From NCBI GenBank assembly GCA_030390025.1, contig CM059432.1, forward strand, positions 5,208,001 to 5,272,000: a stretch of DNA of 64,000 bases. Direction: 5' to 3'. This DNA comes from Squalus acanthias. Taxonomy: Eukaryota. The first letter of the stretch is position 1. The number at the start of each line of letters is the position of its first letter. The position numbers and the translations under genes were made by a program. The notes beneath the pieces were generated by a model that searched no databases, was not told the DNA's origin, and worked only from the letters and a program-made list of their open reading frames with translations. Of the stretch, positions 38,101 through 49,300 are shown piece after piece.

Positions 38101-40138
38101 TTGTCATTTTGTTTCTTACTGATTTTGGAGGAAGGTCTGTGTAAGTCAGCAGTGTAAAATAACCTCAGGAGGTGTATTATTCTGTTTACGGACATACGAT
38201 ACCTGAACCACTTCCTTTATGGAATGCACTGCCTGAGAGGGTGGTGGGGCAGATTCAATCGTAGCTTTCAAAAGGGAGTTAGATAAGTACCTGAAGGAAA
38301 AAAATTTGCAGGGCTACGGGGAAAGGGCGGGGGGAGTGGGACTAGCTGAAGTGCTCTTGCAGAGAGCCAGCACGGGCTCAACGGGCTGAATGGCCTCCTT
38401 CTGTGCTGTAACCATTCTGTGATTCCATGTTAACGACAGTGCCATCAAAATCAAGGCTATGGCAGTCTAAGCAGGCTATCAGTTCTGTAACTGGTGAGTT
38501 CGTAACAGGTCCAGAAACAAAACTGTCTGAGATACCAACTGTGAGCTGTTATACTGGGATTATTTAACAAACAGCTGATAATTTGGCCGTTGGCCTGAGG
38601 GATAATCATAGTCCATGGCGGTGAATGCAGCCTAACTTCGTTTAGACCAGTAGGAGCAAGGTTTCCACAAGAGGAGTAATTTTCTGACCTCGCGATGCCG
38701 GACAGCCGTAGCACACATCAGATACCCGGGCACACACCCGTGATTTCCCGACTACTTAAATTAATGGTCGGAAAATCGTGCACATACCCTGCTAAATTCC
38801 CGGTATGCACCGGCATCGGATGAGTTGGAAAATTATCCCTGCTCTGTTCACTTTAAGATAATTTAGATTAAATCCAGGGTTAAGCGTATGCATTCATTTC
38901 CACAAGCTATGCATATTTCACACCTCCAATGTTAAATATTAAAATGAGTTTTAATACCATTGATCAGGCTGGGGCTCTTTTCTCGAGAAAAGAGAAGGCT
39001 GAGGGGTGACCTGATAGAGATCTTTAACATTATGAAGGGGTTTGATAGGGTAGACGTAGAGAAGATGTTTCCACTTGTGGGGGAGACCAGAACTAGGGGC
39101 CATAAATATAAGATAGTCACTAATAAATCCAATATTGGAAATTCAGGAGAAACTTCGTTACCCAGAGAGTGGTGAGAATGTGGAATCCGCGACCACAGGG
39201 AGTGGTTGGGGTGAATAGCACAGATACATTTAAGGGGAGGCTGGATAAACACATGAGGGAGAAAGGAATAGAAGGTTATGCTGATGGGGTGAGATGAAGA
39301 GGGGTGGGAGGAGGCTCGTGTGGAGCATGAACACCGGCATGGAGCGGTTGGGCCAAATGGCCTGTTTCTGTTCTGTACATTCCATGTAATTCTATGTAAC
39401 AATTTAAACCAGCTAAGCCATACAGACCAGAAGATTGGAGGTTCAATTCCCGGTCTGCACTGAGTTGCATATCTCAGCCAGGATGGCGTTGGGGCACGAT
39501 AAATATCCTCAGCGGACTCCCTGAGCTAGGGAGTGGAAAACTAGCCATGGTTTCCAATCCGGATCACTCACCTTCTATAAAATATGTGTGCATGGACATT
39601 GGCCGAGGACATGATCAGTCTTGATGGGGTTGCTCTCAATCGTCTAACCCACGGGTGTCAAACGTACGGCCCGCGGGCGTGCTGCGCTGCGCTGCGCTGC
39701 GCTGCGCTGCGTGTTTTTAATGTGTGGGAATCCTCTGCGCGCTGCCCATGGTGCGCGAGCCATGGGTGTGCCTGGCGCCGTGGAACACGGCGGCTCAGTA
39801 AAGTGTCTCTCGGCGCTTCGCACTGCGGGTGAGTGGGTGCCGGGGTCGGGACCGGGGCGGGGGCGTTAGCCAGGCGGTGGGTCAGATTGATAATTGGGAA
39901 GCACCCCTACAGACGCTGTTGCCTTTTGTAAAAACCTTTGCTATGGTCAGTGTACAGCAAGAATCTGTGTGTTGAAGCGAGACGGGTGGTAAAAAAACAG
40001 GATAGCGTCTCACCGCATAAATGTTATCCTCAAAACCATTCCCTTTCCTCATTTCAGGAGTACACTCAAGATGAAGAAATCATGTTGCAAAGCGCCATCT
40101 TGGATTACTATCAGTTTTGCGCTCGAAATCCAAACTAA
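20049..40138 (+). CDS. RNF125: RING-UIM E3 ubiquitin ligase, RNF125-like (RNF125/138/114/166 family), 6 coding exons, 236 aa
   Basis: join(20049-20185,27689-27842,31242-31354,34154-34271,37421-37528,40058-40138) = 711 nt; all introns GT-AG with matching phases (2,0,2,0,0); C3HC4 RING, C2HC, C2H2, Di19 finger, UIM-like tail. Family call is firm; RNF125 versus RNF138 orthology is less certain. Confidence 0.85.
20328..21070 (-). mobile_element. L2 LINE 3' fragments, interrupted by insertions
   Basis: Reverse complement of the L2 3' end at 32390-32750. Confidence 0.8.
20430..20570. mobile_element. Collapsed copy of the Penelope-type hairpin element, inserted in L2
   Basis: Matches the left arm of 58960-59194; flanked by duplicated ATAAGGAG. 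Confidence 0.7.
21327..22219 (+). mobile_element. Harbinger-derived MITE, copy 2
   Basis: TIRs GGGGGAAAAATT / GAATTTTTACCCC; flanks ATG/ATA (one mismatch). Confidence 0.88.
22231..23129 (+). mobile_element. Harbinger-derived MITE, copy 3 (tandem with copy 2)
   Basis: TIRs GGGGGAGAAATTC / GAATTTTTCCCCC; TSD ATA. Confidence 0.9.
23930..24350 (-). mobile_element. RTE-clade LINE 3' end
   Basis: ORF 23970..24341 RLPKQALY...[16 protein letters not shown]...[17 protein letters not shown], typical of RTE C-termini. Confidence 0.85.
24780..25380 (+). mobile_element. CR1 LINE 3' fragment within an older minus-strand LINE remnant (about 24470-26430)
   Basis: [29 protein letters not shown] tail. Confidence 0.85.
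25612..26045 (-). mobile_element. L2 LINE 3' end
   Basis: Same family as 31915-32757. Confidence 0.82.
26440..26975 (+). mobile_element. CR1 LINE 3' fragment
   Basis: [17 protein letters not shown]1 3' UTR. Confidence 0.82.
27140..27660 (-). mobile_element. CR1 3' fragment containing a Penelope pseudo-LTR piece (about 27250-27345)
   Basis: CR1 3' UTR homology; insert reads GAAAGGTCATCGACCTGAAACGTTAACTCTGCTTCTCTC on minus (truncated hammerhead-bearing Penelope end). Confidence 0.7.
27689..27842 (+). CDS. RNF125: RNF125-like coding exon 2
   Basis: Acceptor TTTTCCTTTCAG; FCQGC...KCPLCRG...CATDIEKWM...NCKGCGTE; donor GTTAGT. Confidence 0.9.
28220..29310 (-). mobile_element. Second CR1-group LINE family 3' end, interrupted by a + CR1 fragment (28430-28870)
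   Basis: [11 protein letters not shown]...[16 protein letters not shown]; same family at 37580, 40355, 43520, 59275, 60895. Confidence 0.8.
29445..29862 (-). mobile_element. CR1 3' fragment
   Basis: [15 protein letters not shown]...[13 protein letters not shown]. Confidence 0.85.
30295..30790 (-). mobile_element. CR1 3' fragment
   Basis: [21 protein letters not shown]; 3' UTR. Confidence 0.85.
31242..31354 (+). CDS. RNF125: RNF125-like coding exon 3
   Basis: [37 protein letters not shown]; donor GTAAGA. Confidence 0.88.
31915..32757 (+). mobile_element. L2 LINE 3' part
   Basis: [11 protein letters not shown]...[10 protein letters not shown]...[12 protein letters not shown]...LHWLPV; 3' end GTTAAAGGCGCTTTATAAAT. 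Confidence 0.9.
33100..34040 (-). mobile_element. Harbinger remnant with Myb/SANT exon and terminal region
   Basis: ORF 33293..33874 [16 protein letters not shown]...AAWLHIAQ...QWCKPFNDL. Confidence 0.72.
34154..34271 (+). CDS. RNF125: RNF125-like coding exon 4
   Basis: [39 protein letters not shown] (C2H2); donor GTAGGT. Confidence 0.88.
34395..35065 (-). mobile_element. CR1 3' end (34395-34695) and SINE body with (AAAG)n tail (about 34720-35065)
   Basis: Homology to other copies in the window. Confidence 0.8.
35643..36531 (+). mobile_element. Harbinger-derived MITE, copy 4
   Basis: Perfect TIR GGGGGAAAAATTC; 3-bp TSD ATG. Confidence 0.92.
36565..37335. mobile_element. CR1 3' end (minus) joined head-to-head to a + CR1 ORF2 internal piece
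   Basis: ORF 36656..37027(-) and ORF 37160..37420(+) [14 protein letters not shown]. Confidence 0.8.
37421..37528 (+). CDS. RNF125: RNF125-like coding exon 5
   Basis: [36 protein letters not shown] (Di19-type finger); donor GTAAGT. Confidence 0.92.
37580..37990 (-). mobile_element. Second-family CR1-group LINE 3' end
   Basis: [22 protein letters not shown]...WNSLP. Confidence 0.8.
38960..39400 (+). mobile_element. CR1 3' fragment
   Basis: [16 protein letters not shown]; 3' UTR. Confidence 0.82.
39650..39910. mobile_element. Possible hAT-type MITE with (GCGCT)n
   Basis: Begins CACGGGTGTCAAACGTACGGCCCGCGGGC (hAT/Charlie-like end); CpG-rich. Confidence 0.4.
40058..40138 (+). CDS. RNF125: RNF125-like coding exon 6 (UIM-like, stop)
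   Basis: Acceptor [40 protein letters not shown]. Confidence 0.85.
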   Translation, partial: EYTQDEEIMLQSAILDYYQFCARNPN

Positions 40139-41824
40139 TAAACACTTCGAGCAGCAAAATCGCTCACTCCAAAAAAAATTCATGCTTTCCAATTCTTCAG
40201 CTTTTTAAAAGTGAATTCACAATCAAGCATTAAGGCAGCTCGCCCAAAACCCCGATTACTATTCGATTCGCTTCTCGTTGGAAAAGATGACGAAAAGAAC
40301 CTGTGGTTGCGCAAAGAAACATTGTCAATTTCGGAGGAATAATCCCTTCTGATAACCTGTGGGAGCACCTTCACCACACGGACTGCAGCGGTTCAAGAAG
40401 GCGGCTCGCCAGCACCCTCTCGAGGGCGATTAGGGATGGGCAATAAATGCTGGCCTTGCCAGCGATGCCCACATCCCAGGAACGAATTAAAAAAAAATGA
40501 AACTCATGTGGAGTGCCAGTGGAAATTGACTAGTAAATATGTAATCTTAGCAACACGTGCACTTCACTGAAAGCTTAATAAAGGACAAAATTCCAACCCC
40601 CAGCATTCCTTTTGTTCAGGTAGAAACATTGGAACACTGAAGGCACACCCAGCAAAAAAAAACACTATTAACAGCACATTCCCGTCAATGATGAAGGTCT
40701 TTAAGTGTTGGAGCAAGCACCCACTGAATCAGCTGAAAGTCTCAACTAACAGAAGAGCTTGCACTCGGTTCACAGAGATTTTTGCTTTTAATCTGTTATA
40801 TTTACAGTATCTGGCACCGTGCTGACGGATGCGGTCTGTACGGAATTTGAGTTCTCGCTTTGATCATTTTAATCAACACAGATTTAAGATAACTGCCAAA
40901 AAAAAAGCCTGGCGGGGTGGGTGGGGGGGGGGCAGGGCGGGGGGGGGGGGTGCGGGGTGGGGTGGGGTGGGGTGGGGGGCAGGGCGGAGATGACTGAGGA
41001 GAATGTTTTTTTTAACGCAGCGAGTTGGGGTGATCTGGAAGGCGCTGCCTGAAAGGAAGCAGATTCAATAGTCATTTTCGAAAGGGAATTGGATAAATAC
41101 TTAAAAAGGAAAAAATTGCAGGGCTGTGGGGAAAGAGCAGGGGGGAGTGGGACTAATTGGAGAGCTCGGCCAAAGAGGCACGACGGGTCGAATGGCCTCC
41201 TTCTGTGCTGTATGATTCTACGAAAAATATTTGGAGTAAAAGTATGTACTTTCTTTCCCTATTAAATAAATGATATGCATTACGCAGAATCCGTTTGCCT
41301 TTGTGTCTTCTGAAGTTTGTCTGCCCTGTTCATATACACACAGACACCCCTTCCTCCCATTCTCACCCAGCGTGCACTATTGCCCTTGAAAACGCTCTAC
41401 CTAATCATTCTTTTAGGTCTGACAAAGGTTAACTACCAAACACCCATTATAAATAGCAGTAAGATTTGGAAAGCCATTTCAGATTAAAGTTCATACACAA
41501 TTGCTCTGCAAATTGTTCTCTTCAAATGCAGATAAGTAAATAGTGATAAAACGCTTCTAAATATTTTTTAAGATACCATTTTTAAAAGACAGTATTTTAT
41601 TGATGTACATATTGCAGGAAGTTGTTCTACATGCATTGAGCACTATGCACAGTTCTGGTCTCCGAGTGTGAAGGGTGATATTCAAGCATTCGAGACAGTG
41701 CGGAGAAGAGCCACAAGACTGACCCCTCAGAACTGCTCCTGCTTCCCCATGGTGATTTTACCCGATGTGTGGGGGAAACCCCGTTAACGGGTGCAAAACT
41801 GAGTTTCCGCTGCACTTCTGGCAG

Positions 41825-42095
41825 AAAGGGAGAAAGAAAGAACGAGAGACAGAGAGAGAGAAAGAGGGGGGGGAGAGAGAAGAGAGAGAGACAGAGAGAG
41901 AGAGAGAAAGAGGGAGAGAAAGAAGGAAAGAGAGAGACAGAGAAAGAGAGAGGGAGAGAAAGAAAGAGAGAGAGACAGAGAGTGAGAGAGAGGGAGAGAA
42001 AGAAGGAAAGTGAGAGAGACAGAGAGAGAGAAAGAAAGAGAGAAAGAGGGAGGGAGAGATAGAGAGAAAGAAGGGAAGAGAGAAAAGAAAAGAAA
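41825..42095. repeat. GA-rich microsatellite, expanded tail of a minus-strand SINE (42095-42195)
   Basis: Nearly pure purine tract next to GTCTTGCATTTATAT SINE end. Confidence 0.9.
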
Positions 42096-43519
42096 GTCTT
42101 GCATTTATATAACATCTTTCACCACCTCCGGACGTCCCAAAGCGCTTTACAGCCAATGAAGTACTTTTTGAAGTGGAGTCACTGTTGTAATGCCGGAATA
42201 TAAGGAATAGAGGTATATCAGATAGGGCAATGGAAAAGGTTAAATATGTAATAGCACTTTAAACTAAATTACTAAAGTAGGACAGGAGGACACAGTTTTA
42301 AGCTAATTAAAGTCAATTGCGGTCTGGTGTCAGGAAGTTCTACTCCACACAGAGTGATCACTGTATGGAGTAGATTCCGAGGAACGGTGTTGGAGGTGAA
42401 AACCCTGGAATCAGTTCATAAATAATTGGATGTTGAATGGCGGGACTCCAGGATCTCTCTGGATGGCTGTGTTAGGATGGGCCATGTGTAACTATCGTCT
42501 GACCGTGTGATATCCATATTTTTAGAGACCAATCCATAATTTGCACGGTGCTGGCAGGAGAATACATTGGCTATGGCATGAGGTCAATAATTCGGCCCCA
42601 CACAACACCACCACCTGTGGAGGAACGAGCTGGGGTGCATCCCTCCTGATGTTCTAGGAGCAAGGGTGAAGGGCTGGGGCCCCAACCTCAGGTGCCAGCA
42701 GTCAGTCAGGGGCTGCTGAGTGCCCATAGTGCGCTGGCAAAGGTACTCCAGCACAGGGGGGGTGAAGAGCAACGGTGGCACAAGGGTAGGTTGGCAGACA
42801 TTCTATCAGGGCTTTAATGACCCATCTGCCAAACCTTCAGCTGTCGAAACCCTCAGCTCTGGGATTCCCTCCCTAAACCTCTCCGCCTCGCTACCTCTCT
42901 CTCCTCCTTTAAGACTGCTCCTTAAAACCTACCTCTTTGACCAAGCTTTCGGTCACCTGTCCTAATGTCTTCTTGTGTGGCTCGGGTTGGATTTTGTCTG
43001 ATTACGCTTCCGTGAAACGCCTTGGAGCATTTTACAACATTAAAGGCGCTGTGTAAATTGCACAAGCTCCAAGTGCCCTTAGCCACATTGAAAAATGCTG
43101 GGTATCTTCAGCACATCCGGGTATACTTGGAAGCGAACCCTACGCTTGCCCAACGGGGTCACCAAAAAGCAGCGGATGAACGATGAATAAGAGGTGATCA
43201 AGGATGATTACAGGAGATGATCACAGGAGGAGGAATCAGTTGGCGAGATGCAGCGATTGCGTTGGGGAAGGGACGAGAGCGGAACCACATGAGAACAGCG
43301 CTGCATAGATAACCCGTGAAAGAGAAGTGTGCGGCAGAACGGTCAATCTTGTTGAAGGCCTCAGGTGACGGAGAAGGAACAGTGAGCCGCAAAATCCCGT
43401 GGATACAATAAAAGTAATACTTCGATTAGTCTTATGAAACATGGAAACGAACATTTACAATTGAATATACCATTAAGATCAACAACATCCATAAAAATAG
43501 AAATCTCAATTAATAAAGT

Positions 43520-43880
43520 TAGGGAGGGAGTTCCAGGATTTTGACCCAGCGACGATGACGGAACGGAAATATATTTCTAAGTCAGGATGGTGTGTGACTT
43601 GGAGGGGAACTTGGAGGTGGTGGTGTTCCCATGCGCCTGCTGCCCTTGTCCTTCTAGGTGGAAGAGGTCGCGGGTTTGGGAGGTGCTGCCGAAGGAGCCT
43701 TGGCGAGTTGCTGCAGTGCATCTTGTAGATGGTACACACTGCAGCCACGGTGCGCCGGTGGTGGAGGGAGTGAATGTTTAAGGTGGTGGATGGGGTGCCA
43801 ATTAAGCGGGCTGCTTTGTCCTGGATGGTGTCGAGCTTCGTGAGTGTTGTTGGGGCTGCACTCATCCAGGCAAGTGCCGG
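43520..43880 (-). mobile_element. Second-family CR1-group LINE fragment
   Basis: ORF 43506..43901 [11 protein letters not shown]...WNSLP. Confidence 0.8.
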
Positions 43881-44099
43881 AGGCGTGAGAGGATACTGCA
43901 ACTTTACAGAATGGCTGAATTCTTGAAGGTCTAAGGAAGCATTGATTGCTCCTACATGCTTCCCTGCTCAATGTCATTACCTGCATCAATAAAAAAGGAA
44001 GCCATTCTCAATGTGCAACTGACTTGCAACTTGTAGCATGACATCAGAGAGGTGAATGCTTCCCCCGGGGGTTGGCACAATGTCATCAATTTTAAGGCT

Positions 44100-44512
44100 G
44101 AGTGTCAGCTGTGGCTCAGTGGGTAGCACTCTCGCTTCTGGGTCAGAAGGTTGTGGGTTCATAGTCCCACTCCAGACACTTATAGCACAAAAATCCAGGC
44201 TGACACTCCCAGTGGAGTGCTGCACTGTCGGAGGTGCTGTCTTTCCAGTGCAGAGGTTAAACTGGTTCCTCTGCTCTATCAGGTGGACATAAAAATGTTC
44301 CGTGGCACTATTTCAAAGAAAAGCAGGGGAGTTCTCCTGGGCCCTCAATAAACAGATTATCTGGTCATTATCATATTGCTGTGTGAGGCAGCTTATTGGC
44401 TGCCGCGTTTCCTACTTTACAACGGTGACGACACTTCAAATAGTACTTCATTGGCTGTGAAGCGCTTTGAGAGGTCCGGTGGTCGTGATATAAATGCAAA
44501 TCTTTCTTTACA
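44100..44512 (+). mobile_element. tRNA-derived SINE (probably SacSINE1/DeuSINE-like), internally deleted
   Basis: A-box-like TGGCTCAGTGG; L2-like tail ATAAATGCAAATCTTTCTTT. Confidence 0.75.
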
Positions 44513-44679
44513 GCGCCTGCCATCTTCGACACAACAAGAACAGTCTCTGAGTTGGCCTCTGCGACATCAAGCAATGACTGGCCTGCAGTGGCATATTGTG
44601 TGTGCCCTTCCTCACGCACATCGCGAGAAATAAAAAAAAGGGGAGGAGAGCTTAGAATGGGTATCCTGAGGAAACGAAA

Positions 44680-45150
44680 GACTTGCATTTATATAGCGCC
44701 TTTCACGACCACCGGACGCCTCAAAGCGCTTTACAGCCAATTAAGTACATTTTTTTGAAGTGTAGTCACTGTTGTAATGTGGGAAACGCGGCAGCCAATT
44801 TGTGCACAGCAAGCTCCCACAAACAGCAATGTGATAATGACCAGATAATCTGTTTTTGTTCTGTTGGTTGAGGGATAAATATTGGCCCCAGGACACCGGG
44901 GAAAACTTCCCTGCTCTTCTTCGAAATAGTGGCCGTGGGATCTTTTACATCCACCTGAGGGGGCAGACAGGGCCTCGGTTTAACATCTGATCTGAAAGAC
45001 GGCACCTCCGACAGTGCAGCGCTCCCTCAGCACTGCACTGGAGTGTCAGCCTAGCTTTATGTGCTCAAGTCCCTGGAGTGGGACTTGAACCCACAACCTT
45101 CTGACTCGAGAGGTGAGAGTGCTGCCCTACTGAGTCACAGCTGACACTGA
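44680..45150 (-). mobile_element. tRNA-derived SINE, near full length
   Basis: Minus strand GTGTCAGCTGTGACTCAG...GGTTCAAGTCCC...AAAGGCGCTATATAAATGCAAGTC. Confidence 0.82.
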
Positions 45151-45305
45151 AAAATAAACTCACATCACTTTCAGTAGAAGGTGTTTCATGATATGGTTCT
45201 CTAACAATTAATGTGAAGCACAAGAGACTGAGATAAATGAAGACACAGAACATCATTATGAACCCACAGCTGCCTCACAGCCTTCTGGGATGCAATAGTA
45301 ATAGA

Positions 45306-46360
45306 GAGGGGAATTTTAACCTGGTGCAGCGTGTGGGTTTGGGCGCGGGTGGGGGGTTAAAACTGGGGAAATTGACAGTGCGTCGGGAAGCTGGCTCCTA
45401 CCTGTCGACTTCTGCGCTTCACTCCAGCGCGTGAGGCTGCGTGCGCGCAACCCCCTCGGGAGAGTTGGGCTGTCAATTAACATATGTTAATCACTCAATT
45501 AGCGCGATATTTACACAGACTTTTGAGTTTAAGGTCGGGTCCAGGGGTTTCCCGGGCGTCCTGAATCTCGCCAGTGAAAGCAAGGCGAGATCACAGCGGC
45601 AATTGAGGGGGTCGATCCATCTCACGGAAATATGGCAATAAATATTCAATACTCACAGCTTTCTTACCTGTGAGTGGGAAAGGGTTTGATCGCAGTACTT
45701 TGGTTGAGAGCTTACTTACTACACTTTGGAGGTTTGGTCTGTCACATCAGGATGGGTGGCGCTTTGGCTGCCTAAGACTGGACCTCAGATGAGGAGCAAT
45801 ATGACCAGCAGCACCAGCAGCACGCTGGTCACAGACCTGTAGCTGCACAGCAGAAGGGGGAGCAGCAGAGTGGGGTGCAGCTCGCAGGAGGTACTACCAG
45901 CGAAACCGGGTCTACAGGGAGAGGCTGAGTCACCTTGACATGCCCTGCTTGCTGGACCTGGTGGCCAAGCTCTCAAAGTCACCACCGCCCTCAACTTTTT
46001 TTTGCCTCCAGATACTTACAGAGCTCTGCCGCAGACATATCCAGCTTCTCCCGGTCAGCCACCCGAAAGGCACAAGGCAGGTGACTGATGGCTTGTTTGC
46101 CAGGGCCGGCAATGATGTCAGTCGCAAGGGCCGGCAATGATGTCAGCCGCAAGCCACCTCAATGTGCAGCCGGTGTGCAACCACAAATCGATATTTCTTC
46201 AGATGTCCGTGAGGTTCCCAGGGAGCTGCCATGATGCTTTCGGCCTGCAGCAGTCCAAGCTCCCTGACGTCTTTGGACCTGCAAGCGCACTTAAGGGATG
46301 GCTGCTAGGAGACAAGGGACACCCACTTCAAACTTGGCTGATGACACCCGTCAGAAACCC
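45306..46360 (+). mobile_element. Harbinger transposon left end with transposase pseudogene
   Basis: Starts AGGGGAATTTT; HLNVQPVCNH...RFPGSCHDAF...GWLLGDKGHPLQTWLMTP; cut by a CR1 insertion. Confidence 0.8.
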
Positions 46361-49300
46361 ATAAGAAGGGGGGGAAGAGCAGAATAGAAATGTGGTAGTG
46401 ATAGGGGACTCTATAATTAGGGGGATAGATAGCGTCTTCTGCAGCCAAGAAAGAGAATCCCGAAGGGTGTGTTGCCTACCCAGTGCCAGGGTAAGGGATA
46501 TCTCACGGTTGCTGGAGAGGAATCTGGAAAGGGAGGGGGTAAATCCAGTTGTTGTGGCCCATGTTGGAACAAACGACATAGGTAGGAACAGGGAGGAGGT
46601 CTTGCTGAAAGAGTATCAGGAGTTTGGATCTAAATTCAAAAGCAGGACCTCGAGGGTAATAATCTCTGGATTATTGCCTGAGCCACGTGCAAATTGGTAT
46701 AGAAGCAGACAGATCAGGAGAATTAACACGTGGCTAAAGGGCTGGTGTGGGAAAGAGGGGTTCCTTTTTAATGGGACACTGGCACTAGTACTGGGACAGA
46801 AAGGAGCTGTACCGATGGGATGGGCTCCACCTGAACCGGGATGGGACCCGTGTCCCAGCGGAAAGGGTAAATAGGGGGGTGGCAAAGGCTTTAAACTAGT
46901 AAGATTGCGGGGGGGGGGGTGGGGGGGGGGGTGGGGGGGAGAGAGAGAGAGGGATCTACAAGAAACATAACCAGCCTACATATAAACAAAACAGGAAAAG
47001 AGAGCATAGGAAAGAATAAAGTAAGGGAGAACATTGATGGCAAGGGAATAAATAGAGTTATAGAATAGGAGTCTAAAAAGATGGTTAAACATAAAGTGAG
47101 AGGAACTGCTATTAAAAATGAGTTAAACTGTCTGTACAGCAATGCACACAGTGTCCGTAATAAAACAGGGGAGCTGGAGGCAATCATATGTTGCGAGGAA
47201 CCAGACATAGTAGGGATTACTGAGACATGGCTACAGAAAAATCAGGACTGTGAATTAAACATTGCAGGGTATAACATATTTAGAAAAGATAGGGAGGGAA
47301 AAAGGGGAGGTGGAGTAGCTGTACTTATTAGGGATAACATAATGGCAGTAGAAAAAAGTGACACAGATATCAGCAAGACAAAAATAGAATCCATATGGAT
47401 AGAGATAAAAGATAATAAACGATCAATCACACTAATAGGCGTAGTCTACAGACCACCTAATAGTGGAAGGGAGGTGGAGGAAGAAATATGCAGACAAATT
47501 AGGGAAATGAGTAAAAAACATAGAATAATAATCATGGGGGATTTCAACTACCCCGATATTAATTGGACAGAAGAGGTAGGTAAAGGGGATAAGGGAATGG
47601 AATTCCTACAATGTGTACAGGACTCCTTTCTAACCCAATATGTAAAAAGCCCAACAAGGGAGGATTCGCTATTGGATCTAGTAATGGGGAATGAACCAGA
47701 GCAGATAAGAGAAGTAAAAGTAAGGGAACATATAGGCAGTAGTGACCATAATATAATACGCTTTAAGATGATAATTGAGAAGGACAGAAGTATGACGAAG
47801 ACCAGGGTAATAGATTGGAGAAAAGCTGATTTTGAGGGGCTGAGAATAGAACTTGGGGGGAAAAAATGGGCAACAATATTGGCAAAAAATGATGTAGAAC
47901 AGCAATGGGTGTAGGCTTCGCAAAATCCCCCAGAAACTTGAATAGAACCCTAAAGGGGGTGATTTTTGGATCTTAATACGAATTTGGAATGGTGGGACCG
48001 AAATGAAGGAATTTGAGGTCAAAACCTCAGTTTTGAAGTATATTTTGAAAAGGATCAAGGAAGAAATAAAGCCCTGAGGAAAATGACTTTGGATGATAAG
48101 ATACCTTTTTAAAAGGGCCATTGGGTAAACCTGCAGTCACAGAAACACAGGCTGCGGGAAGGGGTGTGGTGAGGCAGTGGACAGCTTTTGGATATTGGGA
48201 CCAAGACAAGCTGTCTGGGAGATGTTTGCACTGCAATCCAACCAAGGAGGAAGAGCCTCATCCAAAACATCACAAACACATTCAAAGATGAATAAACCAA
48301 GACCGCTTTTGAAATCCCCAGGTCCAGACAGGATACTGGAAATCTGAAAACAATTCCTAACAAATAAAACTGCCAGTACACAGTTTCATAGCCCATCATC
48401 CCATCAAAAACCGATTAGCCAAGTATCGACAGGAACAGTTTAACGAGCCCGCCAAAACCTAAGACAAAAGAAGCGAGATTTGGCGCGTAGATAGAGGCCC
48501 TGTCTCAATGGAAGACATCGGTAGCCATCAGGACAAGTTAACACTAAGTTAAAGTCATCAGACTTAACGAGCCCGCCAAAACTTAAGACAAAACAAACGA
48601 GATTTGGTGTGAAGATAAACAGGCCTCAACTTAAACCTAATCACTTTAACGCAAAATCGATTAGGAAAGCAGTTTTGGCGCGAAAAACACAATAGACCTG
48701 AACAGTATAATTGGGGGCCTATTCCCCCAAGAAAAGCGAAGCAAGCGAAGAAAGAGAGCCACACAGGTTCGACACCAGAGCCAAGCAACAAGGAACGAGT
48801 CACAAGAAGAACCTTCGGAAGGCAGGCAGGCCTAAAGCCACGGGCAAGAAGACACGAGGAATCCGAGAGACACTGTGGTGGTGTCTGTTCGAGCCGTGCG
48901 GTTTGTTACAACACTATACTTAAAGTTAGTTCAAGGCTGTCCAGAGAGGCAGTTTCAAGTTAGTAACAGTACCGAGGCACGCAAGGACAACACGCCACAG
49001 TAAGGGGGGGTCATCGACGGACCCGACTGGGAAAAAGGTTCCCAACGCCTCGCAGCAACCAAGGCCCCACGAACCAACCAACACAACGCCACCGACCAAC
49101 CAGATGCGAACCAGGCCGTCGCGACCACCGAAAGACCAACACCAGGGAAAACCGAAGACACACAAGTTTCCACGCTACAAACTATTCCTGACTTACCCCT
49201 GGGTAAGATTTTGCCTTAAAAAACTCTAAACCCTACCTCTAACGAAGAAAATTGGGTACTCACCTGATACAATCCAATACGCACCTTACCGCATCAGCGG

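Noticed and set aside
41627..42156. S/L-rich and E/R-rich ORFs
   Set aside because: Translations of a GA microsatellite
44100..44180. tRNA gene
   Set aside because: A/B-box-like head of a SINE; continues into SINE body, no complete cloverleaf
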